Positions 26,833 through 39,400 of a stretch of DNA of 64,000 bases are shown one piece after another. Position 1 is the first letter of the stretch. Every line of letters starts with the position of its first letter. A program made the position numbers and the translations under genes. The notes under the pieces were generated by a model. That model saw nothing but the letters and a program-made list of their open reading frames with translations, was not told where the DNA came from and searched no databases. The DNA is from Lytechinus pictus (Eukaryota): assembly GCF_037042905.1 (NCBI RefSeq), contig NC_087252.1, forward strand, positions 3,350,001 through 3,414,000. Direction: 5' to 3'.

Positions 26833-27249
26833 CACTATAAGAATACATTTTACAATTACAATAACGATATTAACTCACAATATCTAGTTTTGAAATAGGC
26901 TTTATTGTGCTTCTTCGCGGCCTGAACAGTGACGTAATACTGTGTCAGGGGGTTTTGATATACATATATATAATATATTTCGGTTTTTTTTTTTTCTGCG
27001 AAAGTTATTGGGATAGTGGCACTAAAATTATTCAGTACTCAATTGATGGAGACCTGCAGCTCTTGACTATGTTGTGATTTCTTTAATTCTACTAAGTTTA
27101 TGTATCAGGAATACAAATGGAAAATTGCGCCAAATAAGCATAAAGTAAAGCATGGCAAAACATCAAAGGCTGTAGGTTAAAGCCTACAGGAAAATTCATG
27201 ATATTTATATGTAATAAAAGTGAAGAAATCAAATGTGTAAATGGAATTC

Positions 27250-27900
27250 TCATAGATCTAGATCTATATCTTTATTGGCTTTATCGTATCCGTCACATCC
27301 ACAAAAAGTCTAATCCAGCTTTCTGTGTACAGAGCTATGAAATCACGACGCTTCTGAAATCACTATAAAGCTTGACAATACGAATTGGGGAACATATTGT
27401 TGTGTTGGGGTCGGTGCTTATAATTAAGAAGGGAAGCGTAACGAAGAAACTTTGGAGAAAGTTATACGGTTCAAATTTACGATGAATATAAAATAATTTA
27501 GAAGTATAAAGATTGAGATTGTGAAGTACAGATAATATTTGATGGACGTCTAAGTCTTGAAGTCAGTCAGTCTATATCGATGAGTGTGGGTCTAGTATTC
27601 TCCTGTATATATTGTGTATCTCTCTAAGAATCAAAGTCTTATTTATATCATTAGTTTTGGGGGTGTAACAATTTAAGGTGGGAGCGATCTAAACTTGTTC
27701 TGATTGGTCTGGTGTGGTGATGCTCTGTGAAAGTAACTGGGGCTGGAAGTGTGAGTCATACTTCTTAGAACTTAAGTTCCTTGAAGTTAGCTAACGTCAC
27801 TGAGAGTTGGTATTTTTATGGTCAAGGCCTGGGAGTTAAATGGTATGGGGGTTGGGGATTTTTAGATGACATTGGGGGGAGTTTGTAAACAAGGTTAATG
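27250..27900 (-). mobile_element. Possible highly decayed I/Nimb-group LINE RNase H fragment
   Basis: Fragmentary reverse-strand peptides (LYTSKLF, IVKLYSDFRSV) fall in RNase H motif order. Many disruptions. Confidence 0.25.
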
Positions 27901-28055
27901 ACTGAAAGGATAACAGGAAGTTGAATACATACTACATAACAATATGCCAAAATCATCCGCAGAGCAGCTCTTGAACTATACTATATGCGATGGATACGCA
28001 CCCCCCCCCCTTGCATGGTGTAGGTCATCCCATTTTGCAAAGATTGGTCCTGTCC

Positions 28056-28249
28056 CAGTTGCGAACCTAGGATTTTCCACCCACAGGGGGAGGGGGGGGG
28101 GAGCAAAGTCGTCCGCCCAAAATTTTGACAAGCAAAAAAAAAGGTCTTCAAGCTCGTCAGGGGGGGGGGGGGGCAGGGATACGTCCTTTGCATGGGTTGT
28201 GACTCGTCAGGGGGGGGGGGCAGACTGCTCCCCTGTAGGTACGCTAGTG
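28056..28249. mobile_element. MITE with 8-bp TSD (hAT-like)
   Basis: cagttgcgaacc ... ggtacgctagtg, flanked by tcctgtcc / tcctgccc. Confidence 0.65.
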
Positions 28250-29772
28250 TCCTGCCCTAAAAACTGCCAGAAGAAAAATTACTGGCTGTCTGCGACTAAC
28301 AAGAATATAATTATCAAAACCTACTGTGTGGTATTTCCCCTCCACACATTAAAAGAGAGGTGTCAGCACAAAGTGAAAAAGAAAATCAAGCAGGAAGATA
28401 ACCCGGCAGTGATCTGGCAGAAAAACTCTCCTATGGACCAAGCGAATAACTCCCCCCAAGTTGAAGTGAAGAATGACCAACCTGCCAGCTGCCTGTTTGA
28501 TATTTTTTTTCCCAATAAACCATACCAATCCAATCCAGTCTTGGGCTTTAAGAAACGATAGTTAATGCAATAAACGGAAGACATCAGACACTAAAGGAAA
28601 AGACAATTACACAGCCTTGGCTGAAGTGCATTATGTTTATTATGGCTGTCACTTGCCGCATCGTGTTAATGAATATTTGCAGTGTTTACATGTATATTTC
28701 CAAATTTAGGAAAAGGATACAGCTCTGTTTTGCAGTTGAAAAGCAGTTACAATACATTAACATAATTTCATGATCACTCACACTGCATTTGAAGGAACAT
28801 TGACTTCTTCTCTGAGATCTAACTGATCTTCTTTGAGATCTACGTGAATTCCATATACATTATCACAATTTATTTACATCATTACACAAATTGAGGTTCA
28901 CAAACATTTAAATCAGACAAAATTACATTTCTTGTATACGCCTACGATCCACAGCATATCTTGAACTACATTCCATCTGTAATTACTTTGCCTGCCTAGG
29001 CCAATACTACAAGCACACGAATGAAACCCCACCCGGTGCTTAACGGAAATAAAGATTGTGTTCAAAATGTTTTTGCTCGAAAAGTAGCGATTTTGCCAGT
29101 TTCGTATTTTCCCGGCCGTGGCTTACGCAGCCCTAAACGTACTATGTATGGACACATTTTGCATATTCTGTCGTACAGCCGTTAGGAGTAGTTGAGGTGG
29201 AACGACGTCACAAAAGAGAATATAAAGTGCAACATATTTTCGTCAAAGATGGGACACAGCACATTGATTTTTTTATGATCAGCGAGATATACATGATGAG
29301 CTTTGGACTAATTTTGCATCATTATTCAAAGTATCTGGAATATAATGCAGAACTATCAACACATCGTACAATTTAAGGGGGGCATGGAGAATAAATGATG
29401 CATACATTTACATGATTAGGAGTATTTCAAAGAGTTTTGGGTGTCTGTTTGTGTTACTGCCCCCCTTCTCTCGCTACTGATCTAAACCTAAAATATAGTT
29501 GCAAAACTGCATTCCAATTCGATTGCCCTGTCGAATAGTAATTGAAACTAAATGCATACATTGAAACAATGAACTGAATTGATTGATCACCAATACTGAT
29601 TATGAATAAAAACGTCTGGACTAATTAATTACCCGGGTGACTGCAGTTACACTTAGGTATGTAGTAAGCATGGCCGGTAATTCTGATTTAAAAATGGCCA
29701 CTCAATAGTACGCACTGTTTCAAACTGATTCTACAATACGTGGCCGAGCCAAATCAGTTAAAGGGGAGTGAC

Positions 29773-29945
29773 CTGGGGATCGTTTCATGAAAGTTTTCAG
29801 CAATGACAAGTTGGCTTTCTCCGACAGTTACCATAGTAACGGTCAGAGGTATGTGCCTCACAGCCAATCAAAACCAAGGATTTCACTGAAATTGCCAGCA
29901 CCGACAATTTAGTCAGTGCTGACAACTTTCATGAAACACCCCCAG
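29773..29945. mobile_element. Palindromic MITE (Harbinger-like)
   Basis: ctggggatcgtttcatgaaagtt ... aactttcatgaaacacccccag are inverted repeats. Confidence 0.65.
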
Positions 29946-30405
29946 AAGTAATATTCGCTTTAATAAAACATGGAAACAAAAGTTCTGCTTTGATATAATG
30001 TTAATGCATTTTAAGACATAAGATTTTTTTTTGTGGATTTTGTGTGAAACCTCTTTCATGTCTTTTGAGCATACAGGCCAATATATACATCATATCACAT
30101 AGCACTCCATTTGATTCAGTTATACACAAGTGCTCGAGATTTAATTGAACTTCATTTATTGTACATTGTCAACAGGTCAATTCATGTTGGTATGGGTTCG
30201 CGTGCGCGGGCGTGTGTGTGGGTGGGTGTGAAAGTGCATGTATACATTAATTAGCTATTCTACGGGTCTTCATCGTTTTAAATTTAGATCAAGTGTGGCT
30301 ATTGCTCCCTTATCTATGATGATTTTCAATCAATAAAATTCCCCCAAACTTTTTCGTCGGTATTCAGATTTACACAATGACATTTCTTCCTCCAGAATCC
30401 TTAGA

Positions 30406-30477
30406 TTATCGCCTCTTGTGATTTCTTTTTTTCGATTTATCAACCACTGCGTACTCGGCTTCCACATCATGATGAAT
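30406..30477 (-). CDS. IgSF receptor terminal exon
   Basis: ttttcttctag|ATT; IHHDVEAEYAVVDKSKKRNHKRR*. Candidate AATAAA at 30155-30160 on the minus strand. Confidence 0.78.
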   Translation of the reverse strand: MHHDVEAEYAVVDKSKKRNHKRR

Positions 30478-33400
30478 CTAGAAGAAAACATATAGAAAGT
30501 TTCGATAACAAATATTCTTTCAAGATAAACATGACACTGAAAATATATGAATTCTTTTATTGAAATATAGTTATTCGTGAAATTTGAAACATTATGTCCA
30601 CTTACACCTTTAGGCAACACCTAGAGAAATTAGACATTATGGGTCACGATATGTATTTGAGATGTCAATAATTTGATGCATGGTTCAATACATATAAAAT
30701 GATCCGAACATATATTATGCAGCTTATATAAAGATGAGGAGTGATAACGAAATCTTTGGGGATTTAATGCATGCAACATTTTATGATAATAACCGGTAAA
30801 ATATTAGGAATTCAACAAATGAATTCAACATACAAATCACCTAATAACAAGACAACAAATATTTTTCTGAAAAAAAAAATCACGCACAGGTTCAACCATT
30901 ATAATTTGCATATAAAAATTGTTAGGCATATCTGTCGTTCTTGTAAAACAATGCAAATTATCAAAATGCTCTAATATGATGAAACTTTAAAGGTCTGCCC
31001 AAAGTAGTTTGTAGTTTTCTGCGAATCAAATTATCATTGATCTTATGTGAGAATTACACGGTATAAAAATGAATATATTTATACATCATTCTCGCTTCCA
31101 AAGTTACAATAGCTTGCAATCTTGTGAACTCCATGTCATCTGTACCATATTGCAAAAAAGAACCATTGTTGCTGAGTAAAGTGAAAGCAAAGTAATCTGC
31201 TTTTGTTTATAAGTACTTTGCATGGAATGGGCGTTTGTTCTCATTATAGGTTCGATGAGTCCTATTCAGTGATGATCTATTAGGCCATCAATGGTATAAT
31301 GGGTGGATGATTATATCATGTATGTTGTTTGTGTCTCAATGAGAGTTTATGCCCTGCACACTTTAACAGAAACAAAGAAGAATACTATCAAAACGTTTTG
31401 TTATTGATCTGAGTTTTGCCTTCAACATATTTAGATCACAGCTAAACAATTAAAAATGCCATTAACTTGTTGAAGATAAATTTTCCATACTATTTTAGAA
31501 AATGACAGTTGAAGTTATATATTTGTAATTTTATAGTAAACAAGGGCCGCGGAACTGGGAGGGAAGTCCCCAAATATTAAGTGTCGATGTACAGAAACCT
31601 GAAAATTCCAATCAAATTGTGATTGTACGCATGTTCAACTTCCCACCACACTCAAACACACACCCACCCTCACACTGAAATACACAAACACAATTTTAAT
31701 CTTGTTCCGCCGCCACTGATAAAAGCAACGCAAGAAAGTATGGAAATAAGTAATGCTACCTTTTCGATTTCTGCGTGTGAAACCAACGACTGTGCTTTCT
31801 TCTCGTTTCCTGGTTTACTAACTACAGCATACTCAGCCTCAATAGATAGATAAATAAAACAATGATAATATTTCGTATTTCTTTCATATTATACACAAGG
31901 AAACAAAAGTCCATGCTTGCACCCCATGATCTAATACTGGCAGCTTTTGGGTGCAATATTACACCTCAAAGAGCATATTTATTATTTTTACAGTGCCGAG
32001 AAATGCCTATTTTAGCACGTTTCATCTTCGTTTAAAATGCATGGTGTAAAATTACTGCTACGATGTACATATCTGCTCATATCAAGATTGGAATGCTGCA
32101 GATAGCTCTCTTTATTATGTACAAAAGGCTTCTTAGTGTGCAGAGTTCCCATATAAGCTTCCAAGGCTGCATTCGAAGAACGTGGTGAAAAATACAAATT
32201 TTTTAGCATCGTATGAAGAAAGACAAAGTTAACTTACACGATGTAAACCTAAAGTCATAACCCTCCTATTTCATATACATTCAACATGAATGTATCATAA
32301 CGAGCACATTTGTAAAGCTATTTTTTTCTTCAGTTTAGTAACCGTGGCTAATGGAATAAAAAAAAAGAATTTTAATTTACCAGGCCCGTGTGTGATTCCC
32401 GATAAACATGCGGTACGGTTGAACTGACTGTCAGAGAAGATGGATTAAGTAGGTCATAATCTGAGTCGTCATATTCTTCTTCAGTTCGCTGTAGAGAAAT
32501 AAAAAAAATAACATCATTATCAGCCTTTATTATGAATTTTACTCTACTCAGTACATTCGATAATTTAGATGGTTTAACGGACGTAAACTCAAGCTTGGTT
32601 TAACAAAAGAAATTACGTCCATATTTTTTTTAGAAAATTGTATGTACGGTACCATGAAATGAGCCTTCGATCCATTATGATCAACAATCGAAATGAATAT
32701 CTATTCCCAACATTGATTTGCATCACCTTCTTGGCGGGATGCCTTGAATCTTTCTCCTTTTTGTCGATATTCTGTCGACTGACCTGAGCATATTCCGCCT
32801 GTAATAACGACACAATGAAATAGTATAGACTAATAATGATGATAATATAATAATAATAGTCAGATGTTGTACAGCGCATAACACATCATGAATAACGTCT
32901 CTATGCGCTTCCAAAGGACTTGGATATTATTACCCTGGTTGTAGCTCAAGCAGCTTTTACGCGCTCGGCATTTCAGAGAATAAATTCCTGGCAGGTACCT
33001 ATTCACCTCACCTCGGTTGAGTGCAGCACAATGTGGATTAATTTCTTGCTGAAGGAAACTACGCCGTGGTTGGGATTCGAACCCACGACCCTCTGTTTCA
33101 AAGTCAGAAGACTAATCCGCTGGGCCACAACGCTCAGCATCTACAGTTTACGTCTTAATGCCAATGGAAATTAATTCATGAAAATTGGGCATTTTAATGT
33201 ATACTTTACACGTGGAATTTCACTAGAATTAGAAAAGCTTTTTTTCAAAATCAACCGAAATCAACAAGAAATGATGTCAATGCATTGAATCCAATGCGTC
33301 ATATTACCGGGTTTAAAGTTCATACATCAATTAACTTCTAACAACAGGGATCACTAAAAAAATTAAACAAAAATTATGTCATATTTACCAAACCACTAGC

Positions 33401-36400
33401 TGTTTCTCTGTAAACATGAGGAACAGCCCAAGAGAATCCATGGTTTAACAAGTCGTAATCTAGTCCAGTATCTGGATCCTATATCAGAAACAAACAAATG
33501 CTATCATTATTTACGACTTAATTAACGTAAATAATCCCCTAATTGTTGTATAGTACTGTTCAGGTGAACCATGACCTTACAAACTGGAAGTGAAAGTACC
33601 AACCACAGGTTCCAAGGGCCTAATTATATACAACTGGAGGGCTAGAGATATTCGTTCGATCCAACCGGCCATTCGATTTTTTTTTTCAATTTGATATTGC
33701 TGATTGACAAAAGTGTATGAATTTAATTGAAAATCTAACACTTATTCCAGAAATGGTAACTACTGAACTTCCTTTGCAAGATATGGGAAGATATATCAAT
33801 GACTTTGGAACTCTTTTCTGACTGGAGGAAGAAAATAGGGTTATTTTACTGTTTCAGTTGATAAATTTGATCCCATAACAGTATCTTCATAAATGGCGAT
33901 TTATTTTTAAAATGATCTACCCTTCTCTGGTCAGATATGGAATGTCAGATATTTATCCTATCCAATGGTAGTATACATTCGACCCTCTAATTTCACGTTT
34001 ATTTTTTATGAATTTTTCAAAAGTGCCTTTTTAATACACAAGTCTACCATGTCTATGGAGAATGTTTGACACCTAGTATAGGTCCCATGAGCCTAATTAC
34101 AACAGGAAGGCTAGAGATATTCGTTCGACCCAACCCATTCGATTTTTTTTCAATTTGATATTGCTGATTGACAAAAGTGGTGGAATACAATTGAAAATCT
34201 AACACTATTTCCAGAAATAGAAACTACTAAACTTCCTTTGCCCGAATTGGGAAGATATATCAATGACTTTGGGGAATGTTTTCAACTCCCGAGGCCCGTT
34301 TCATATTAAGAGGTACAACTGTTGTAACTTTGCCATTATAGCAACTGCCACGGTAACAACGATTTTGATTGGCTGCTGAGCCCTGATGCCATGGCAATTG
34401 CCATAATGACAAAGTTACAACAGTCGTAACCCTTTATAAAACGAGCCCCAGATATCTAATCAAAGCACGATTGTATTTTCCTTTAGCATGTTTTATATCT
34501 CTAAAATGACACCGCCTCCTATGTACTTTTATTTACAAGGTTTTGTTAAGAATAACAAATACTATATCATAGAATGTGATGAAAATTCATCTAGCAACTA
34601 TTTGTTAAATCATGTTAAGATATCATTAGCACATCGTGTGTCGAGTTGAACACATCGACATCTCGAGAGGTAATGGAGGAATATCACGTTATTTAAACAG
34701 GACATCACACATTAGAACTGTAAAACTATATCTTGTGAATTACCAAAGAAGAATGAATGTAAGGTGGATTTTTTTAACTTTCGTAGCTGTCAATTCATTA
34801 CAGATTATGATGGATCGTTTTCTCAATGGCTTACGCTCATCCTCTCTTGTCATTAAAACGAATAAGCCTATTTCCCCTGGGGTTTCGTTATATTTTATGA
34901 CATATTATGACTTTGAAAATTAATGTACACCACTATACAATCTTTAGTTATCATAAAATTGTGTTATTGTCGTTGTAGTTCTCATTGACTGATTTGCACT
35001 CAATTGCTGTTTATATTTGATCTGTATTTTTATCTGAATTTATTTGTGATGGAAATGAATTTCTAGAATAATGAATTTCTTGAATTTAATGAATCTTGAC
35101 ATCTATATAAGTAGTGGTTTTATAAGTTAAATGCATTTTTTCCCCCATCCCCAGTATAAAGCACACATTCAACATAGTGTGCTTAGAAATAACTGTAGTG
35201 AGCGCCTTATAAATGTTATGTATCATTACTATTATTATTATTATTGTCTCTATCACTATAATTATCTTAAATCAAAGTAGCCACAAACCCTTCTGTTCTG
35301 GCTTCCGCCTCCTCCCCCCAAACCTCTGACATCTTCCGATACTGGCACCAAGGGCCGCGTTGGAATATCAGGTGGGAGAGAAGGAACTGGTCTGTGTCGC
35401 CCAGTGGTTGTTAATGGTCGATCGGGTAATGTACGGTTGTCAACTGGCGTCAGGGGCAATGAACCTCGATTTCGTCGTGGTGTCGACTCTGGGGCATTTG
35501 CCGCGGATTCAGCTTTTTCAAAACGTCTGACTACGGAAAGACAGACGTGATTGCAAAAGATTAACGCAAATATGAATATTTACATGATTAGTACTTGAGA
35601 TATTTGATAGGTATACCATGTATACATGACTGCGTTATAGGTCCTTAACAATACTGTGTACCGGAGCGCATGCAATAATATCAAAATAAACATACATGTT
35701 ATATAGTCCTATAAATGTAAAGTAAAAGTATTAAAGAATAACTTGCTTGAGGAATGTTTTTAGTTAACATGTTTACAGCTTCAAATGTATTTGTTCACGT
35801 TTTACTAAGTCTTAATACGAAGAGCTTAATTCCAAAAGGAGCTAAATCCACCTTTGACCAACAATGATTTTTTTTTAGACAAGTATATGTATCTTAGTGG
35901 TGCGAATCAAATGCAGCATATCACATTTGAAAATAAAAATGGAAAGGTTGGTTAAAATTGATTACAAATTGAGTTTTGTTCCAAAAGGAGCTAAATCCAC
36001 TAAACGGTTATTTCAAATTTGTTATTTTTCCTATTTTACATAAAGTTATGCATTCAATTTTCAGGTAAATGTTTTGGAAACAAGTTTACACCATCAGTGC
36101 AAAGTTAGCTGAAAATAACAGAATTTTACCATTTTTTAAAAATATTTTTAGACTTAGGTCCTTTTGGAATTAGATATCGAAAAGTTGCCGTCCTTAGAAG
36201 AGATGACAAAATATTATGTTTTTTTTTTTTTTGTAATTTTCAACAGATAAACATCAGAAAAGATGTGAAATGTATTTTGCTAGCCATATTATGTGTTTTT
36301 TGTGTTCAATTTCCAATATCAAACATGTTTGAATTGGCAAAAATTGAAATTTTACTAATTATAAAGATCAAAAATTAGATTAAAAATCAATAATGAAAGT

Positions 36401-39400
36401 TCGATTATTGAAATCATGATTTTAATAATATAAGATGATAGTAATATCATATATCTACAAATGAAATAGCAGTGGCTAAGGGAAAGAGATGAATTAAAAA
36501 AACCTTGATTTTACAGAAAAATACCAAAAGTGGATTGAGCTCCTTTCGGAACAAAACTAAGTGCAATGAGGCAAATACCTTGATTTGGAATGGAATATAT
36601 ACACAACAAAAAAAGTAAGTCCCCCCTAAATCAAATTGCTGTAACTTTTGAACGGAATTATTTTGAGATATGATATTTCGTAGGTGGTTTTTTACACTCA
36701 TTGAACAACCTCTGGGGAAAAATGACATTGATCGGTTGAGTCATGCATGAGTAATTAAAGATTGAATTAAAAATGACAATTTTTGAAAGTCACAAGAGTC
36801 GTTTTTCAGATTGTGCAAATACAAAGCTGGGCAAAAGTTGTTTTTAGGTGAATTTTATGGTGTTAATGCTGTTTTACTATCCATTATTTAGCCACTCAAC
36901 ACACAATTTTGATATCGTATGTTCATGGTTGAGTGAGCACAATAATGCAGGGGCCGCGGGGGGGGGGTCACCCCCCACTTTTTTTCCAAAAGCATGTACA
37001 AAAATGTAAAAATGACCATACCATTGTAATTTTTTGCATGGTCAGCCCCCCCACTTTGAAAACCGTTCCGCGGCCCCTGTATAGTGACGTATCATCAAAG
37101 GGGTTTATGGTCCTCTACGACTTGTTAGATCATGTTAAAATTTGAAAATGTTGGTGGCTCCCCCCGATTATAGGCCCCTCCCTCATTTTAAAATTCTAGA
37201 TCCACCACTGATTTGTCCATAAATTAAACTGATCATGAGAATTTGTAAGAAAAAATACATTTATGCAGTATAAAGAGTATTCATTCCTAAGTTTTCGAAT
37301 GTGCTCGCTCAACCATGAAAATTTTAAAACTTCGGAAAGTGTGTGGTGATAGAAATGATGGATGATAAAAACAACAGCAATTAAAGTCTCATTTGAAACC
37401 GAATTTGCCCCCAATATTCACTTTATTACCATTTAAAATGGGTCTGTGACATTGAAAATACCCAAATTCCCACTTTGATGTGTGCTCACTCATCCATAAA
37501 TAAACAAATCGATTTCATTTTTGCACAGAATTCTGCCCATAGGTTGATAAACATTACTGCAAAATGACATTTCTAAAGACAGCCTTAAAAAAAAGTTCCA
37601 CCACATTGAATAGGGGGTTACTTATTCTTAAACATATGCACCCATAATGTACACAAGTCTATGAGAGAGGTCAACATTTTAACAAATATGAAATGAGGGT
37701 TTGTTTCATGGACGGTTTTTGTTACTTCTGCCAACAGTTATTTCATGAAACTTCGCACATGGCTTCAGTGTAACACTATCCAAAATGTGCGCACACCAAA
37801 ATAACCATTTGATATGGCACAGAGTGTGGCCAGGACCTTGAAGTTTCTTCTCATTTGCATAATTTTCGAATATTGTGTGCTCACTGATGCATTAAACATC
37901 GGGATTTTCATAAAAATCAAATCAAATGAACCATGCAAGGAGGTTTGTGATAGATATCCATAGTTACAAATTGCATTTTTTCCAATAACATAAAAAAGAG
38001 CTTATCACATTCCACATGTTCATCCAAGCGTGAATGTTTAATTAAACGCCTTTGAACCATTGAAGCATGTTAATTGGTCATGAACATAACGAAAAAGTTG
38101 AGAAAATATCATTTTCAGTTACCAAAATGAAACAATACTTGCCTATGATATTTCAAAATAGTATCTTTTGTTTTCAATAAATGTTCATTGAACCGTGAAA
38201 CAATGAATATTGTTGAAGATACTCTTCCCAAAAATAACTGTCATCATATTCTATCATTTTTATTGATAGAAATGCGTAAAAAATCCAATTATAGCAAATT
38301 TGGACTTGTGTTCATTCAACCGTGAAATTTAGCCAGAAAAGTTGTATCGTCTTGTAGAAAGTACCTTTTAAAAGCCTTCTGACTATTTTTCATGATGAGA
38401 ATGTGGAATTAGTTCCAATAAAAATGGAATCAAAGTCATGATATTTGGCTTGTGACTTTTGAAAAGTGACATTTGTGCCTTCTGACGGTGCTCACTGAAG
38501 CATGACGTAAAATACGTCCATAACATTTACTCAGAGGGTAGCCTATAAAATTACCTACACGTTCATGTAAAAATATATTAAAAACTCGCATTGGTTTGGA
38601 AATTATTGATGTTTGTTTAAGGGGGGACTTACTTTTTTTGTTGTGTATGGATAAGATGGTAACGATTGTAAAGTTTTAAATAAAAAAATGTCGTAATCAT
38701 TCTCTAATTTTTTTTAACTAGCATGTGTCAAATGTAACACTGACAGTGGTGTAACTACGGGGGAGGGGCACATGCCCCCCCCCCCCCATCGGCTGGCAAA
38801 TCGGGGGAAAAGGAGAAAAAGAGGGAGAACGAAAAATATACGCAGAGGGAGAAGAATAAATTAATGTTTATTATTAGTGTTATGTTATATATATTATATA
38901 GCATAAAAAATATTTTTTGCATAATTTGTAAAAATTAAATTGCTTTTTACTGCCTATGTGTTTATCACTCATGGTGCTTGCTTTGGCTTAGATAAATACT
39001 CCTGTTCAAGGGGATAACATTGTACGAAAATATCCTGTTTTCAAGTCAATAAACACCAAATATATTTCCTCACAATTGGAGTTTTTATTATTGTATGTAA
39101 TTACAAATGCGTATTTTTCATGAATACTTGCCCCATCATGAGTAATTGCCCCATTTTTAGGTCTGATAATAAGGAATTTCTAGTCCGAGTAAACGTTGGC
39201 ATTAGTGAATTTTTGATACGTGTCTGCTCTTCATGAATTCATAAAAAACAGTTCTTAAAATGTCGCTTTTCCTGATTTGAATAGCCAAAACTTATAGCTC
39301 GCGCTTCGCGGTCGCATCATTTTGTTAGTGAAATACGAATTGTCTTGATAAATTCCTAGTAAAAAGCATCAGGATGCCTCTCTTCAGCTTAGAGTTTGAA

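Noticed and set aside
27944..28561. 205-aa ORF
   Set aside because: It reads through a G-rich MITE (28056-28249) and has no recognisable domain.
30330..30620. 96-aa ORF as the receptor's last exon
   Set aside because: A gtaagt donor after 15 nt and a downstream exon in another frame carrying the AEYAVV motif explain the region better.
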